A stretch of DNA of 64,000 nt from Rhizaria sp. SCN 62-66 (taxonomy: Eukaryota), in NCBI GenBank assembly GCA_001724265.1, contig MEDY01000191.1:1-64000 (forward strand), in the 5' to 3' direction. The position numbers were made by a program, and so were the translations under genes. Positions within the stretch are counted from its first letter, which is position 1. Each line of letters starts with the position of its first letter. Shown here one piece after another: positions 1 through 12,509 of the stretch. The notes under the pieces were generated by a model. The model worked only from the letters and a program-made list of their open reading frames with translations. It did not search any database and was not told the origin of the DNA.

Positions 1-219
1 GCCACGGCCGGCACGGACCTTCTTGTTGTACTTGTTGGTCTGGCCGCGGACGACGGGGCGGAGAGCCTCGGTGGGGCGGGGGAAGAGCTTCTTGGCCTTG
101 GCGACGCGCTTGGCAGCACGAGCAACCTTCTGGGCAGGCTGGTCAAACCAGGTCTTGATGTGGTTCTGCCAGTCCTTGCGGAAGTGGTTGTTGGCGATCG
201 CGTTGTTGTGCTTGACCAT
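1..219 (-). CDS. RPL13: 60S ribosomal protein L13 (eL13), 5' part; runs off the window start
   Basis: Manual translation from ATG at 219: [73 protein letters not shown], the eL13 N-terminus (HFxKxWQ, TWFxQP, RxGRG). Confidence 0.95.
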   Translation of the reverse strand, partial: MVKHNNAIANNHFRKDWQNHIKTWFDQPAQKVARAAKRVAKAKKLFPRPTEALRPVVRGQTNKYNKKVRAGRG

Positions 220-802
220 CTTCTTCTAAAAAAGAAAGGCATTGCAACGGTGGATGGGAAGATACACATGAAATAAAAGAGTCAGTGAGGTACGGATCAT
301 TGGAGCTAGTACAGCGGTGGAAGGGTACAGAATAAGTGGCGCAGAGCAGGGTGCGCTGAACGGTGGGCCAGAGTGGACGAAAAGGGTGGCCACCCAAGGG
401 CTGATGGAGCATCTGGTGTCAAGCAAACTTTTACACATAACAGATCATAGCACAAATACTCTACACAAAGAGCAGCATTACGGTTGGTCGACGCATTCAC
501 CCGCTAAATAAGGCAGAAATGGTCGCACTCGGCTCGATCCGAAAGTAATTTCGGTCGCTTATTTTTCGGTCGAGCGCCGAGGAGGAGGAGCGAGCATGCA
601 TGCGATCGGATTGTGGTGGTGGGACAGGACTGCCACACATGCTATCTTCGAGCATGTTTGCAATTTTATATGATCAACATGTTAATGATCGCTGATCGAA
701 CTGCTTACATGTGATCAGTAATCTAAATAAATTTTATAGTATTAATTTATTTTTTCTTTGTTTAAAACTTCACGTTTCGACGCACTACAGCTATTTCAAA
801 GA

Positions 803-2544
803 ATGATGTCGACCAAGGGCATCTTTAAGTCGAGCCAGTCTCTCGCGTCCGGCTCCCTCGCGCGCACCTGTCTTTCTTTCTACAAGCGCACTCTTACCAC
901 GATTGCCGCCCCTCCTATCACACCTAAGGTACGCCCTGTTCTTTCTCCCGCACACATATTCCTCTGGCTGTGGCCCCCTGTTTATGATGCGCGTCGACTC
1001 TCACCACGTAGCCCGATCATGTCCTTCCTCTTTCTCTGCACTCAGAAAACGGTTGTTGATCTCCAGAAGATGAAGAACGCAGGTGAGAAGATTACCATGG
1101 TGACGGCGTACACCCACCCGTCGGCCGTCCACGTTGACTCGGCCGGCATCGACATGATTCTCGTCGGAGACTCCGTTGCGATGGTCGAGCTTGGGTTTAA
1201 CACCACCTTGCCCGTCACCCTAGACCAGATGGTACGAACGACCCTCGCCTTAACTTTACAAATTGAGAAGGGGTCTATGTTGACGGGTTATATTCATACC
1301 TGTTTATGTTTGGTTTATTTGTCAAATATGACGATCTATAACATTTTATCCTCACATTTCGTTTCAACTTCAAATCATCCTTCTCATAACTCAACTCTTG
1401 AACACAGCTTTATCACTGCAAGGCTGTTGCCCGTGGCGCCTCCCGTGCTCTCCTTGTTGGTGATATGCCCTTTGGCACGTACGAGGTTTCCGAGCAGGTT
1501 GCTTACGACAACGCGATCCGCTTCCTCAAGGAGGGCAGCATGGATGCCGTCAAGCTCGAGGGTGGCTTGATCCGCGCTAAAACAGTCAAGTACGCAACTA
1601 TCTGGCCATACTTACAAAAGAAACTCGTAGCAATCACATCACATCTACATATTCCTGATAACTATGTTAGTTACTCTTCTGTAGTGCGAAGTTAGTGCCT
1701 AGATATCCGCCATTTATGTCCCTCACAAAATGTTTTGCGTCTTAAACGTCCTAACTTTTTTCAGCACCCTGGTGCGCGGTGGCGTCGCTGTGATGGGTCA
1801 CATCGGCCTCACCCCGCAAGCCTACTCTGTCATTGGCGGTTTTCGCTCCCAGGGCCGCTCCACAGCGGCCGCGCTGGCCCTGCTGGACGACGCGCGCGCG
1901 CTGCAGGACGCAGGGTGCTTCTCCGTCGTGATCGAGTGCGTCCCCCCTGAGGTCGGGCTGGCGATCTCGCAGGAGCTGGAGATCCCCACCATTGGCATCG
2001 GTGCCGGCACGCACACCGACGGACAGGTGCTCGTGTACCACGACCTGCTGGGCATGATGGAGCATGAACACTACAAGCAGGTCTCGCCCAAGTTCTGCAA
2101 GCGCTTCGCCGAGCTCGGTACGCATGAACTAATATGACCAATCAAACATCAAAAAATCTCTAGTATATCACATTAGTTGTTGTCTACCCCACACATCGCT
2201 GCAAATCCCTTGTATTTTGATCTTATTCTGCGTGCACATTTTGTTTCAATCGCTTCGTGTCATTTGCTCGCATCACAGGCCCCGTTATCCACGGCGCGCT
2301 GACTTCGTACCGCGACGAGGTACGCACCGGCGCATTCCCCGGCACTGGATACGCGCCATACAAGATGCCTGCCGCGGACCTGGAGGCGTTCAACGAGGCC
2401 CTGGCGCAGCGCCGCTCGCAGTCGCCGTCGCCGCTAGGCAGCCACACGCAGGCCAAGGGCAAGGGTGAGGACAAGCACAAGGACGGCGGCCACGGCCACG
2501 GGCAGAAGAAGGAGCTCCCGGCCGAGCAGGAGAAGCTCTACTAA
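803..2544 (+). CDS. panB: 3-methyl-2-oxobutanoate hydroxymethyltransferase (ketopantoate hydroxymethyltransferase) with probable mitochondrial presequence; exons ~803-928, 1046-1231, 1408-1589, 1765-2117, 2279-2544
   Basis: Motifs [63 protein letters not shown] are joined in frame by GT..AG introns. The N-terminus is basic and Ser-rich. Ends TAA. Confidence 0.95.
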
Positions 2545-3390
2545 GTGATTATTGCCAACAGCGTCAATAATCGTTCGCGTAACCCTGGTTGACTGACCGG
2601 TCACTTTCTTTTATCCTGTGTTTCTGTAGTCACTTTACTTATCAATGTTTGCCACTTTCACTAAAATCTCAGTTTTTAAAATTTACTTTTACACACATAA
2701 TAGTCTTTCGCACAGTCTTCCTGTGCTAATATTCACAATATTGCTCATCGGTCTTATTGCTCGACTTGTTTCGAATGTTACAACAACGCCTACATTGCGA
2801 GGTTGCATTGCAAGTGATGTCGACCTTTGTATACGAACTATTTCTATTTGTCGTTGTTTTTCTTTGTCATGTATTTATGTCACCCTTTGTTCATAACAAA
2901 GTTATTTCTTATCATTCGTATCACACGTCCACTTGGGCAGCAGCAAAATGAAACACTTAAGTGCACGTCTGTCATGTGTTCTAGCACTTCACACTCGTCG
3001 TTGATGTCAGTGTTTTAAAAAAAATAATCATCATTACATTCCATATGCACTCTTATATAGCAGATGATAAGCACAATCAGTTTCAAAAGGTTCGTTCTCC
3101 TAAAAGCACACCTCTTCATTCCGAACAATAAGAAACACGAGGAGCACATATGTTGAGAGTCGAGTTTTTTCACAAGCAATACACATCACGAACCTTATGG
3201 CATCGAATATTTAGCTTGTAAGTCAATGTATAATCTTTGTATTACTGTTATGAGAAAGCGTGTAACACCCACAACGAATCTCACCCATGTTGCTGGCCCT
3301 ATCTGCGAGTCACAAACGAGAAAGAGCTCACGCAATCAAACGGTAGCACTCGGACAAACTTCCCGTACCGGACGGTGTTCACCGCGGTGC

Positions 3391-5283
3391 TCACTCCCAG
3401 TCGTCGTCGTCCGAGTCCTCGGAGTCCGAGTCGGCCTGCACGGCCTTGCGGCGGGCCAGAATCGACATGACCGCGCCCAGGCCACCCGAGGACGCCTCGG
3501 CGGGCTTGGCGGCCGCGGCCGTCGCCGCGGGGTCGACCTTCTTGAGCACCACCTTGCGGTTGCGGATGTCGTCCATGAGCCCGCCCGTGCCGCCGGAGCT
3601 GGGCGCGGGCTTCTCGGCCACCTCGACCTTGCGCAGCGTAACGCCCTTGTGGATCGCGCCCAGCAGCCCGCCCATGCCGCCGCCGCCGCCGCCCGCGGCC
3701 GCGGGGGGCGCGGCGCGAGGCGCAGCGCGGGGCGCGGCCGCCGCGGAGGCCGCGGGTGCGGCGGAGGACGCGAAGAGCGCGTCCAGGTCGAGCTCGGGCG
3801 CGTCTGGGACGCCAGCAGGGTTGGCCGAGGCCGAGGCGGCGGGCAGTGTCGGCACGTCGAACAAGTCGAACATGTCCATCGGCGGCGGCGGCACCGCACC
3901 AAACGACGCGTCCGCGCCCGTGCCCGCGGCGGCGGCGGCGGCGGCCGCGGGCGGCGCGGGCGGCGCGGCGTGGCCGTGGCCGTGCGAGGGCGGCGGCGGG
4001 GGGCCGCCGGGGACGGGCGGTGCAACGGCGACGAACGCGGGCGGAGGCAGCCCGCCGCCGGCCGCCATGGCTGAGGCCGCGGGCGTCGCGGGGGGCGGCG
4101 GCGGCGCGAAGGTGCCGAAGTTGGCCCCGGGCGGCGGGGGCACGAACGCAGGCGCGCCGCCAGCAGCCGCGGCGGGGGCGGCGGACGGCGGGGGCGGCGG
4201 CGAGAGAGGCGCGGTGGGCGGCGCGGGCGGCGGCGACATGGTCCCGTACACGCCGGGGGTCGCGGGCGCGGGCGGCGCGGGCGGGGCCGCGGGAGCCGCG
4301 ACGGCGGCCGAAGCTGAGAAAGAGAAGTCGTCGCCGCCGTAGCCGTCGCCACCAGCGCCCGCGGAGGCGGCGACGGCGGCAGCGTACTGCTGCTGCTGCT
4401 GCTGCTGCTCGTACTGCTGCTGATGTTGGAGCTGTTGCTGCTGCAGCAGGCGCTGCTGCTGCTGCTGCTCGTGCTGGACCATCTGTTGCTGCTTGGCCAG
4501 CGCGGCCGCGCGCGCGGCGGCTAGGTCCGCGCCGCCCGCGCCCGCGCCTGCGCCAACTGTGGAGCCATCCTCGAGCAGGGCCGCGGCGGCGCCCGCGGCC
4601 GCGGCGGCGCCAACGTCGACGGAGATGGTCGTCTGCGCGGCGCCGGAGCCAAACTCGGCGCCCTGCGCGTTGTACACCTTAACGACGATGCCCTGCATGT
4701 CGTCGTTGGCCGCCTGGGCGCGCTTCTTGCGGGCCTTCTTGGGCTTCTTGGTGCGCGCGACGGCCGAGGCCTCGAGCTTGCGGCGCTCTGTCTCGGCCCA
4801 CTCGTTGAAGAAGTACGAGGGGTCTGAGTAAGTCTTCATCGAGTCCTTGCCCGAGAGCGGGTCCAGGCGCCAGACCTCGGGCGGCTGGAAAGCCATCGCG
4901 CGCACGGCCTCCACCGTCGCCGGCCGCGTCGCCGGGTTGAACACGGAGTCCGAGGGCGGGGGGCGCGCGACGTAGTGCGACGTGGGCCGCGTAGCGATGA
5001 ACGTCGCCGACGGCGTCGTGCGCACGGTCGCGATGACCGAGGGCAGCTTCTCCTCGAGCGCCGTCGTGCGCTGCGTCAGGGACACAATGCGGTCACCAAC
5101 GGCAAAGGCTTCGTTGGCAAGGTTCGAAAAGATGTCTGCGGCGAACTCTGAGATCTGGTTGAGCTGGGTGAGGAGGCCGACCATGTGGTTGGCCGACACA
5201 GCAATGAGCGACGCCGGGTGGGGCACGGCCACCGCGTTGGGCTTCACCGGCACGGGTCCGAACGAACGCGTCGTCAGGACCAT
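3391..5283 (-). CDS. WAVE: SCAR/WAVE-family Arp2/3 nucleation-promoting factor
   Basis: N-terminal WAVE homology domain (LLTQLNQISEFAADIFSNL; YSDPSYFFNEW), basic region, poly-Gln and poly-Pro tracts, WH2 motifs (LLGAIHKGVTLRKV; LMDDIRNRKVVLKKV), central ILARRKAV and acidic DSDDDDWE terminus. Ends TGA. Confidence 0.92.
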   Translation of the reverse strand: MVLTTRSFGPVPVKPNAVAVPHPASLIAVSANHMVGLLTQLNQISEFAADIFSNLANEAFAVGDRIVSLTQRTTALEEKLPSVIATVRTTPSATFIATRPTSHYVARPPPSDSVFNPATRPATVEAVRAMAFQPPEVWRLDPLSGKDSMKTYSDPSYFFNEWAETERRKLEASAVARTKKPKKARKKRAQAANDDMQGIVVKVYNAQGAEFGSGAAQTTISVDVGAAAAAGAAAALLEDGSTVGAGAGAGGADLAAARAAALAKQQQMVQHEQQQQQRLLQQQQLQHQQQYEQQQQQQQYAAAVAASAGAGGDGYGGDDFSFSASAAVAAPAAPPAPPAPATPGVYGTMSPPPAPPTAPLSPPPPPSAAPAAAAGGAPAFVPPPPGANFGTFAPPPPPATPAASAMAAGGGLPPPAFVAVAPPVPGGPPPPPSHGHGHAAPPAPPAAAAAAAAGTGADASFGAVPPPPMDMFDLFDVPTLPAASASANPAGVPDAPELDLDALFASSAAPAASAAAAPRAAPRAAPPAAAGGGGGGMGGLLGAIHKGVTLRKVEVAEKPAPSSGGTGGLMDDIRNRKVVLKKVDPAATAAAAKPAEASSGGLGAVMSILARRKAVQADSDSEDSDDDDWE

Positions 5284-6620
5284 GGTGCACTGGACTGAGC
5301 GGCAAAAAGCATAGTATCATGGCAAGTGGTAATCAGGAACAGTGGGTGAGTACAAATGAGCCGCAGAGATGGGGATATAGAAATGGGGGGCAGTGGCTTG
5401 GAGAGGCTTTGATGCCTTTGAAATTGAGTGAAACCTCATAAGAAATCGTCGTCTCTTGGCATGTGGCTTCATAAAACATGAAATAACAAACGGTTTCTAT
5501 CTATAAACAAAACGGTCATCGTATTCTAGCGACCATATTGTCCTCCGACCCCTGCTTAAGGCAGGCCCACAGCACGAGGCCCAGTCCTTGCTTTCTGTTC
5601 GTGGTGGACGACCGTGACCAGCTGCGTGCAACGCATGCGCCGGACACAAAATACCAAGATGCGTGTCGTAATAATTACTAATCTCCGCCACTTTGGGATT
5701 GCATGTATGTAGGCATGTGTCCTCTATTTATTTGTTGTTTGAATTACTATTGCAGACCAAAAAGCAACAGATATCTTGCCAAACATTTAGTTCAATATGA
5801 GTAACTCGCTCAGAACGAATGAAGAGCAACGCAACCATGCATCACATAAACTGACATTGTTCATTGAACACAGCCACACGATATACTCAGCAAGTGCTGA
5901 CATATTTTAACGTTGTGCACACATTCTCACAACAAGATCCTCCTTTGCAAGGCTCACACCATCGTGAGACGAATAGCTTGGTCGATTTAAGGCAAAATTA
6001 TATCAATAATACGTAAAATAACACTCGACTCATCGGCACATTCGATTTTACTGCGACTGACCATCGATATGTGGATAGTCACGACAGTTACTGCTCTAGG
6101 AGCAGTTGTGGCTCGAAGCACTGACCCTCTCGTAGCGCACTCCCTTCGCATGAAATGGAAGGCGAGAAATTAGGAAAACAGGTAAAAAATGTTTACTTGC
6201 CACATGAAATCACTGGAAGCCACTCAGGTTTCATCATTGTTCCGATATTTGTTGCTAAGTTCTCGGAAAAGTTAAGCCGCTCAGCCTCGATCAGCTGGAT
6301 GACCCTCGTGACTGGTGGCTTGTTCGAGATTTTTAGATTTGTTGGTCAGTCAGTGTCAAACTTGGCTCCCATGCGTTAGAATTATCGTGGCTTTTACACC
6401 ACTCAATTTGGGTTTTTGTAATATTATCCATATCTACTTGGGCTTTTGCCATGCCTCTCTCAGACATTCTCAAGATTCGAATTTGGGCAGAGTGTAAGGT
6501 CGCGTGGCGATGATCTCTCACTGCATTCTGACACTATGTCTGACCAGTTTGAAACTGATTTATGTAATCCACGTATGTCTGATTTTTCTCTTTTATGTGT
6601 TGAACCGTAGACCCTCTCAA

Positions 6621-7918
6621 ATGTCTGATATCGACAACCATGAGGTGATTCCTTCCGTGGACGCGCCAGAGGTCGAGTCGGCGCCTGCTGTCTCTGCCCT
6701 TGAGGCCGCTGACAGTGCCGCCGACGTCGCTGCCGAGCCTGCTGCCGCCCCTGCGCCCGCCTCCGCTGCGGCCGAGGAAGAGTCTGCTGGCCCGCGCACC
6801 CGCAGCGGCCGTGCCCGCACCTCCAAGGCCGCCGCGGAGCCCGCCCCCGTGACCCGCCGCGTCACCCGCGCGTCTGCCCGCAAGTCGGTCGGCGAGGGCG
6901 AGACCGAGCCCGCCGCCGCCTCCGCCGCGCCCGCCGCGCCCCAAACCCCCGCCGCGGCGCCCCGGTCTAGCAAGGCCGTTGCCGCGGCCGAATCGCCGGC
7001 GTTCAAGACCCCCGCGCGCGTGTCGTCGCCCGTGGCCGCGGCGGCCCGCTCGCGCCTCTCCATCGGCGGGTCCGCCGCCAAGCACGGGCTCCCCCTCGCC
7101 GCCGCCGCGGGGACCCCCGCCAAGAAGGAAGCTGCGACTCCCGCTAAAGCCGCCAGCCCTGCCAAGGCTGCGTCACCGTCGCCAGTCAAGAAGGCGCCCG
7201 CCGCCTCTGCCTCCACGACGCCCGCCAAGCCGGCCAGCCCCGCCAAGGCTGCGAGCCCCGCCAAGGCCACCTCCCCTGTCAAGGCCGCCTCTCCTATCAA
7301 GACCGCCTCCCCTGTCAAGGCTGCCTCTCCCGTCAAGGCTGCTCGGCCGGCCTCCGCGGCCGCCGCCCCCGCTGCTGCTGTGCCTAAGCCCTCCGCGGCC
7401 AAGCCCGCTGCCGCCGCCGCCGCGCGCCCCGTCTGGGGCGGCAAGTCCGCTGCTGCTGCTCCTGCCGGCGCGCGCCCCGCCTCGGGCTCAGCCGCAAAGC
7501 CTGCGGCCGCTGCCGCTGCACGCCCCTCGAGCTCCTTTGGCGGCTCCTCTTTTGGGTCCAAGCCCGCGGCCCCCAAGCCTGCCGCCGCTGCTGCTGCCAA
7601 GCCCGCTGCCCGCTCGACCTTCGGATCCGCGCCCCGCCCCTCGTCCGGCGCGGCCCCCGCCGCTGCGGCTGCGGCCAAGCCCGCCGTGACGAAGCCTGCC
7701 GCCGCCCCCGCCGCGAAGCCCGCGGTCCGCCCTAGCTCTGCCCTCGCCAGCGCCAAGCCCGCTGCTGCCGCTAACAAGCCCGCCGCTGCTAAGCCCGCTG
7801 CGCCTGCTGCTGCGAAGCCCGCCGCTGCGAAGCCCTTCGGGTCCTCCGCTGCCGCCAAGCCCGCTGCGGCCAAGCCCGTCGCGGCCGCCAAGCCCGCTGC
7901 TGCGGGCGCTGCCAAACC

Positions 7919-7965
<47 letters not shown>

Positions 7966-8465
7966 TCAGTGGCGTGAAGCCCGTCAGTGGCGCGAAGCCT
8001 GCTGCTGCTAAGCCTGCTGCCGCTGGCACTAAGCCTGCTGGTAAGCCCGCCGCCGCCGCCGCCGCTGCTGCTGCTGCTGCTGCTGCCCCGGTCGCCGCCG
8101 TCGCTGTCGTCGCCGTGGCCGCTGCTGCTCAGGAGGAGCCCGCTGCCGCTGCCGCTGCCGCCGCTGTTGAGGCTGAGGCTGAGGCTGAGCCTACTGAGGC
8201 CGAGACCGAGGACATTCACGCTGAGCAGCATGTCGAGGCTGCCGAGGCCGAGGCTGAGGCTGAGCCCGCCCCTGCTTCCAAACTCATCGCCCCCTTCGAG
8301 GAGGTCGAGGCCGAGGCCGAGCACGCCGAGGCTGTTGAGGCTGAGACTGAGCACGCCGAGGCTGCCGAGGTCCCCGTTGAGGAGGCTGAGGCCGAGGCTG
8401 CTGAGGCTGTCGCCGAGCCTGCCGAGGCTGATGTTGTTGCTGAGGAGGAGCCTGCTGCCGAGGCC

Positions 8466-8496
<31 letters not shown>

Positions 8497-8945
8497 CTGA
8501 GCAGGAGCAGGCTGAGCAGGAGCACGTTGCCGAGGAGCAGGCTGTCGAGGAGCAGGCTGTCGAGGAGCAGGAGCACCACGAGGAGGCGCCCGCGGCTGTT
8601 GCTGAGCAGGAGTACGAGGCTGAGGCCGAGGCCCCTGTCGAGGCCGAGGCTGAGGCTGAGGCTGAGCCCGCTCACGAGCAGGTCGCCCATGAGGAGGCCC
8701 CCGTTGAGGCTGAGGCTGAGGCTGAGCCCGCTGCTGCTGAGACTGAGGTCGCCCATGAGGAGGCCGCCCTTGCCGCGGCGGAGCCAGCCGCTGCTGCCGA
8801 GCCCGCTGCTGCCGAGCCCGCTGCTGCCGAGGAGCCTGTCGCTGACACCAAGGCCGCCGCCGCTGAGCCTGCGCCCGAGGCCTCCTCGTCCGCGTCCGGC
8901 CCCGTCGAGGTGGCGGCCGACGAAAACGAGACCGAGGAGTGGTGA
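6621..8945 (+). CDS. Low-complexity orphan protein: basic Ala/Lys/Pro-rich repeats (SPAK/SPVK, AAKPA) followed by an acidic Glu/Ala-rich half
   Basis: Long ORF with coding-like codon usage, starting at ATG 6621 just after a likely 3' splice site (ccgtag). Ends TGA, followed by AT-richer UTR. Confidence 0.8.
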
Positions 8946-9693
8946 GGCGCGTGTGTGGCGCATGTGGCGCATGTGGGGCGCGCTGTACAGGGCACGAAGA
9001 CTGCTCTGCGACGCGCTTCGCACGCGAGACACTGTGCACTTTCTCGCACCTAGTCAGTCTGTAGTTCCACGCCGACATGATATGACTTTCATGCGGCTTG
9101 ATTTTGCTTCAATTTCCCGGCTTTTTACCTCCTACTCGTCTTCTATTGTGCTTTTGCTTTGCTTTGTTAGTTTGATGATTGACTCTGTCTTAGTTTGTTT
9201 GTGTTAACGAGGCCATGGCCAGCCGCCTTGCATTCCCGACTTCGCCGCGCAGCAACGCGCTGTGCTGTGTCGTGTCGCTGGAGATAGATGTGCGGCGGGA
9301 GTAGAGAGAACAGGTATTAGAGCGACGGCATCGGCAGCAGCATGTGCATGGGTGTGCTCGTGCCGTTTGTTGAAGTGCCTCCTTTCATGTTCCTTTTGAT
9401 TTCTAAGATTTTCTCAATAAAAACCTCGAACTAGTTTACAATAACCGATTGTATAAGTCGCGTCTTGGTATGACATTTTTGTTTTTCATGTTATTATCGC
9501 TATTGACGAACGAATGTATCCTGTGGGAGTTAACGCGTGTCGTGCACGAGCTTCGCGAAGGGGCGAGCTGCCTCCCCCGTGCCCGGTCCGTGAGGTCCAG
9601 TCAATGACACCTTAAAAAGGCTTGAACATTGCCAGCTGTCCGTCAGCGACACTGTGCATCGCCTTTTGCACTTTAACTTTGCAGTTTAGATAT

Positions 9694-12475
9694 ATGCCTC
9701 GCTTTTGGGTTGATGACGATGTCGCCCAGCTTATTGCTGAGGCAGGACGCCTTTTCAACCTGCAGTGCCTTACGACCGCCGTCGCGGGACGCATGCCGCT
9801 CGACAACGTGCTTCTCCCTCGGCCTCCGCAGCGCAGTACTTCGACTGCTCACGCGCAGCACTTTGCACCTCCGCTGCGCCCCGGCTCGCTGGTGCCGCCT
9901 GCCGCAGGCCGCACGCCGTCGTGCCCCGGCCGCGCCCTGGGCCTGCAGCCATCGGCGCTTGACGACCGCGCCTTCTCCCACGGCGGCCACCACGGCGCGT
10001 TCGGCGCCTGCGACGACGACGACGGTTTCGCGGACGTGGACGCGCACCCCGAGGAGGAGGACGCCTTCTCGGGCCCCGCCCCGCTGCCCCGCAACGCCTG
10101 CGACGTCGCGCGCCTGCTGACCGAGGCCGTCACCGCGCCCTTCCCGCTGCGCCCGCCTTCGCCGGTCTTCGCGCACGCCGCCCCGGCCGCCTCTCAAGGC
10201 GCTGCGGTTGCGGGCGCCTCTGCGTCCTCGTCCTCGTCGACCGCGTCGCAGGCCGCCCCAGGCGCGGGCACAAGGCCCACGCGCACGTCCTTCGCCTCGG
10301 AGGACGCGCCGGCGGGCCCCGCCGCCGCGGCCGCCGCCACGGCCGCCGCCGCGGCCGCCGCGACGGTGGCGTGCTGCAACGATCTTGCGTGGCGCATCGC
10401 GCGGCTGGCGCTGACGCCCGACGCGCTGGAGCAGCTCGACGAGAGCGGCTGGACGCCGCTGATGCACGCCGCACACGCCGGATCCGCGCCCGCGGCCGCG
10501 CTGCTGCTGGCGGCGCGCGCGAGCATGTCTGTGCGCACGAAGCATGGGTAGACACCGCTGATGCTGGCGTGCCAGGGCGGGCACGCGCCGACCGTGGCCG
10601 TTTTGCTGCAGGCGGGCGCGGACCCGCGCGCCTGCGACCACGAGGGCGTCACCGCCATGCACTTTGCCGCCGAAGTCTCCCCCTGCGCGCCCGCCGCCGC
10701 CGCCGTCGCCGTCGCGGCCAACACACAGAGCGCGCGGGGCGGCGGCAACATGGCCGGCTGCAGTGCGGGCAACGGCAGCACGCTGCACCACGCGACGCTC
10801 TCAAGCCACAGCGCGACCCCAGCTACGACTGCGGCGGCTGCGGCAGCGGCCAGCACGGCGGCCTGCACCGGCGCGGCACGCTGCGTGACGCTGCTGGCCA
10901 ATGCGCGCGCCAACACGGACGCGCGCGCGGGCTCCGGCGCGACGCCGCTGCTGCTGGCCGCGCAGAACGGGCACGCGCGCGCGGTCCAGGCGCTGCTCGC
11001 CACGGGCGCGCTGCCAGACCTGCCCTTCGAGGCCGCCGCGCCCGTCGCCGCCGCGCGCAACGCGCACAACGCGCACGGCGACATCGCCGCGACTGCAAAC
11101 GCGGACAGGGCTCTCGCAGCGAGCGCTGCGGCGGCGACGGTCGCGCTGCCGTCGCTGGTCGTGTACACGCCCATGCACGTCGCGGCCTCAGGGCCCGGCT
11201 GTCCCGGCTCCGGCGCCGCTTAGCCCGCGGACTCGGCGCACGCGCTTGCGCTCGCGGGTGCGTTGTCGGGCGAGCAGGCATGCGCGCACGGGACCTGCGC
11301 GCGCCGCTGCCGCAGCTGCCGCCGCGCGCTGCGCCGCCAGCGCCGCCGCGCGCAGCGCCGCCGCGACAGCAGCGCCGAAGGCAGCCTCGTGTCGAGCGCC
11401 ACGGCCCTGTCGGCGTTCGGCGACTCGATGTCGCAGTCTGTCGCCGGCTCATCCCTGGTCGGCACCTGCACCTGTGCCTGCGCAGCACGCACGGCGGCCG
11501 GCGCGCTCCCCGCCGCCGGCGCCCGCTTGCCGCCGCTGCTGCCGCAGCCGCCGGCGCTGCAGTCGCACGTTCACGCGCATGAGCACGCGCACGCGCACGG
11601 GCATGGGCAGCCGCTGCTGCCGACGGGTCTCGAGTCGGCGCGGAGCGGCCCCCCCGACGCCGGCCTCCGCCCGGCGACCCTGCTTTTCCCCGCGCCCGGC
11701 CTCCGCCTTGCCGCCGCCGTCCCCATGTCCGCCGTCCCCGCGTCCGCCGCTGCGGCCGCCTCCGCCGCCTCTGTTGCCGACGGTCCAGTGGCGCCCGCGC
11801 CGGGCCCGGTGGTGCTGACATCCGGCGGAGCGCGAGTGCGGCCTGTCGCCAGCGCCGCCGCCAGCACCACCGCCGCGGCCTCGCCCCTGACGGCCTCCGG
11901 CGCGCTCAGCGGGGCGTCGCCGGCGCAGTCGAGCGCGTCGCGGCTCTCGGGCGGCGCGTTATCGGCCTCGTGCAACAACCTCGCCGGCCTCGGCCTCAGC
12001 GCCGCGGGCGCAGTCTGCGTGTGCGGCGCCGCGGCGGCCGGCGGCGGCCAGGGCGGCGGCGGGTCGCTGTTGTTGTTGTCGTCATCATCGTCGTCGCACT
12101 CATACTCGCAGCCGCAGCTCAACCACCGCGGAGGCTCTTCGCTCTCTGCCGCCGCCGCCGCTGCCGGGGCCGTGGCGGCGCCGCTGCCCGCGGTCTCGGC
12201 GGCGGCCGTGGTGCGCCTGCTGCTCGCCGCGGGGCTCAACCCCACGACTGGAGCCACGACCTTCACCGTCTGTCCCGATGGTGATAGTGACGGCGAAGAC
12301 GGCTTCGACCTCGGCCGCCGCCGCCGCAGCGCCAGCAACGCGAGCAGCCACAGCCTCAGCCACAGCCACCCCGACATCGACACTGCCGCGGCTCTATTGC
12401 GCGCGCTCGGCCCCAGCGCTGGAGACAACAACGCCGGCGCCAGCGCTGGCACGGGCGCCGTCGCGAGCAGCGGCA

Positions 12476-12509
<34 letters not shown>

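Noticed and set aside
230-500. Possible intronic snoRNA in the RPL13 5' region (ATGATC...CTGA on the minus strand)
   Set aside because: The C box is non-canonical and no rRNA guide complementarity could be established without a search.
10546-10552. GGGTAG read as a GT..AG micro-intron removing the stop
   Set aside because: A 4-nt intron is not spliceable, and removing it would break the frame and the 33-aa ankyrin register.
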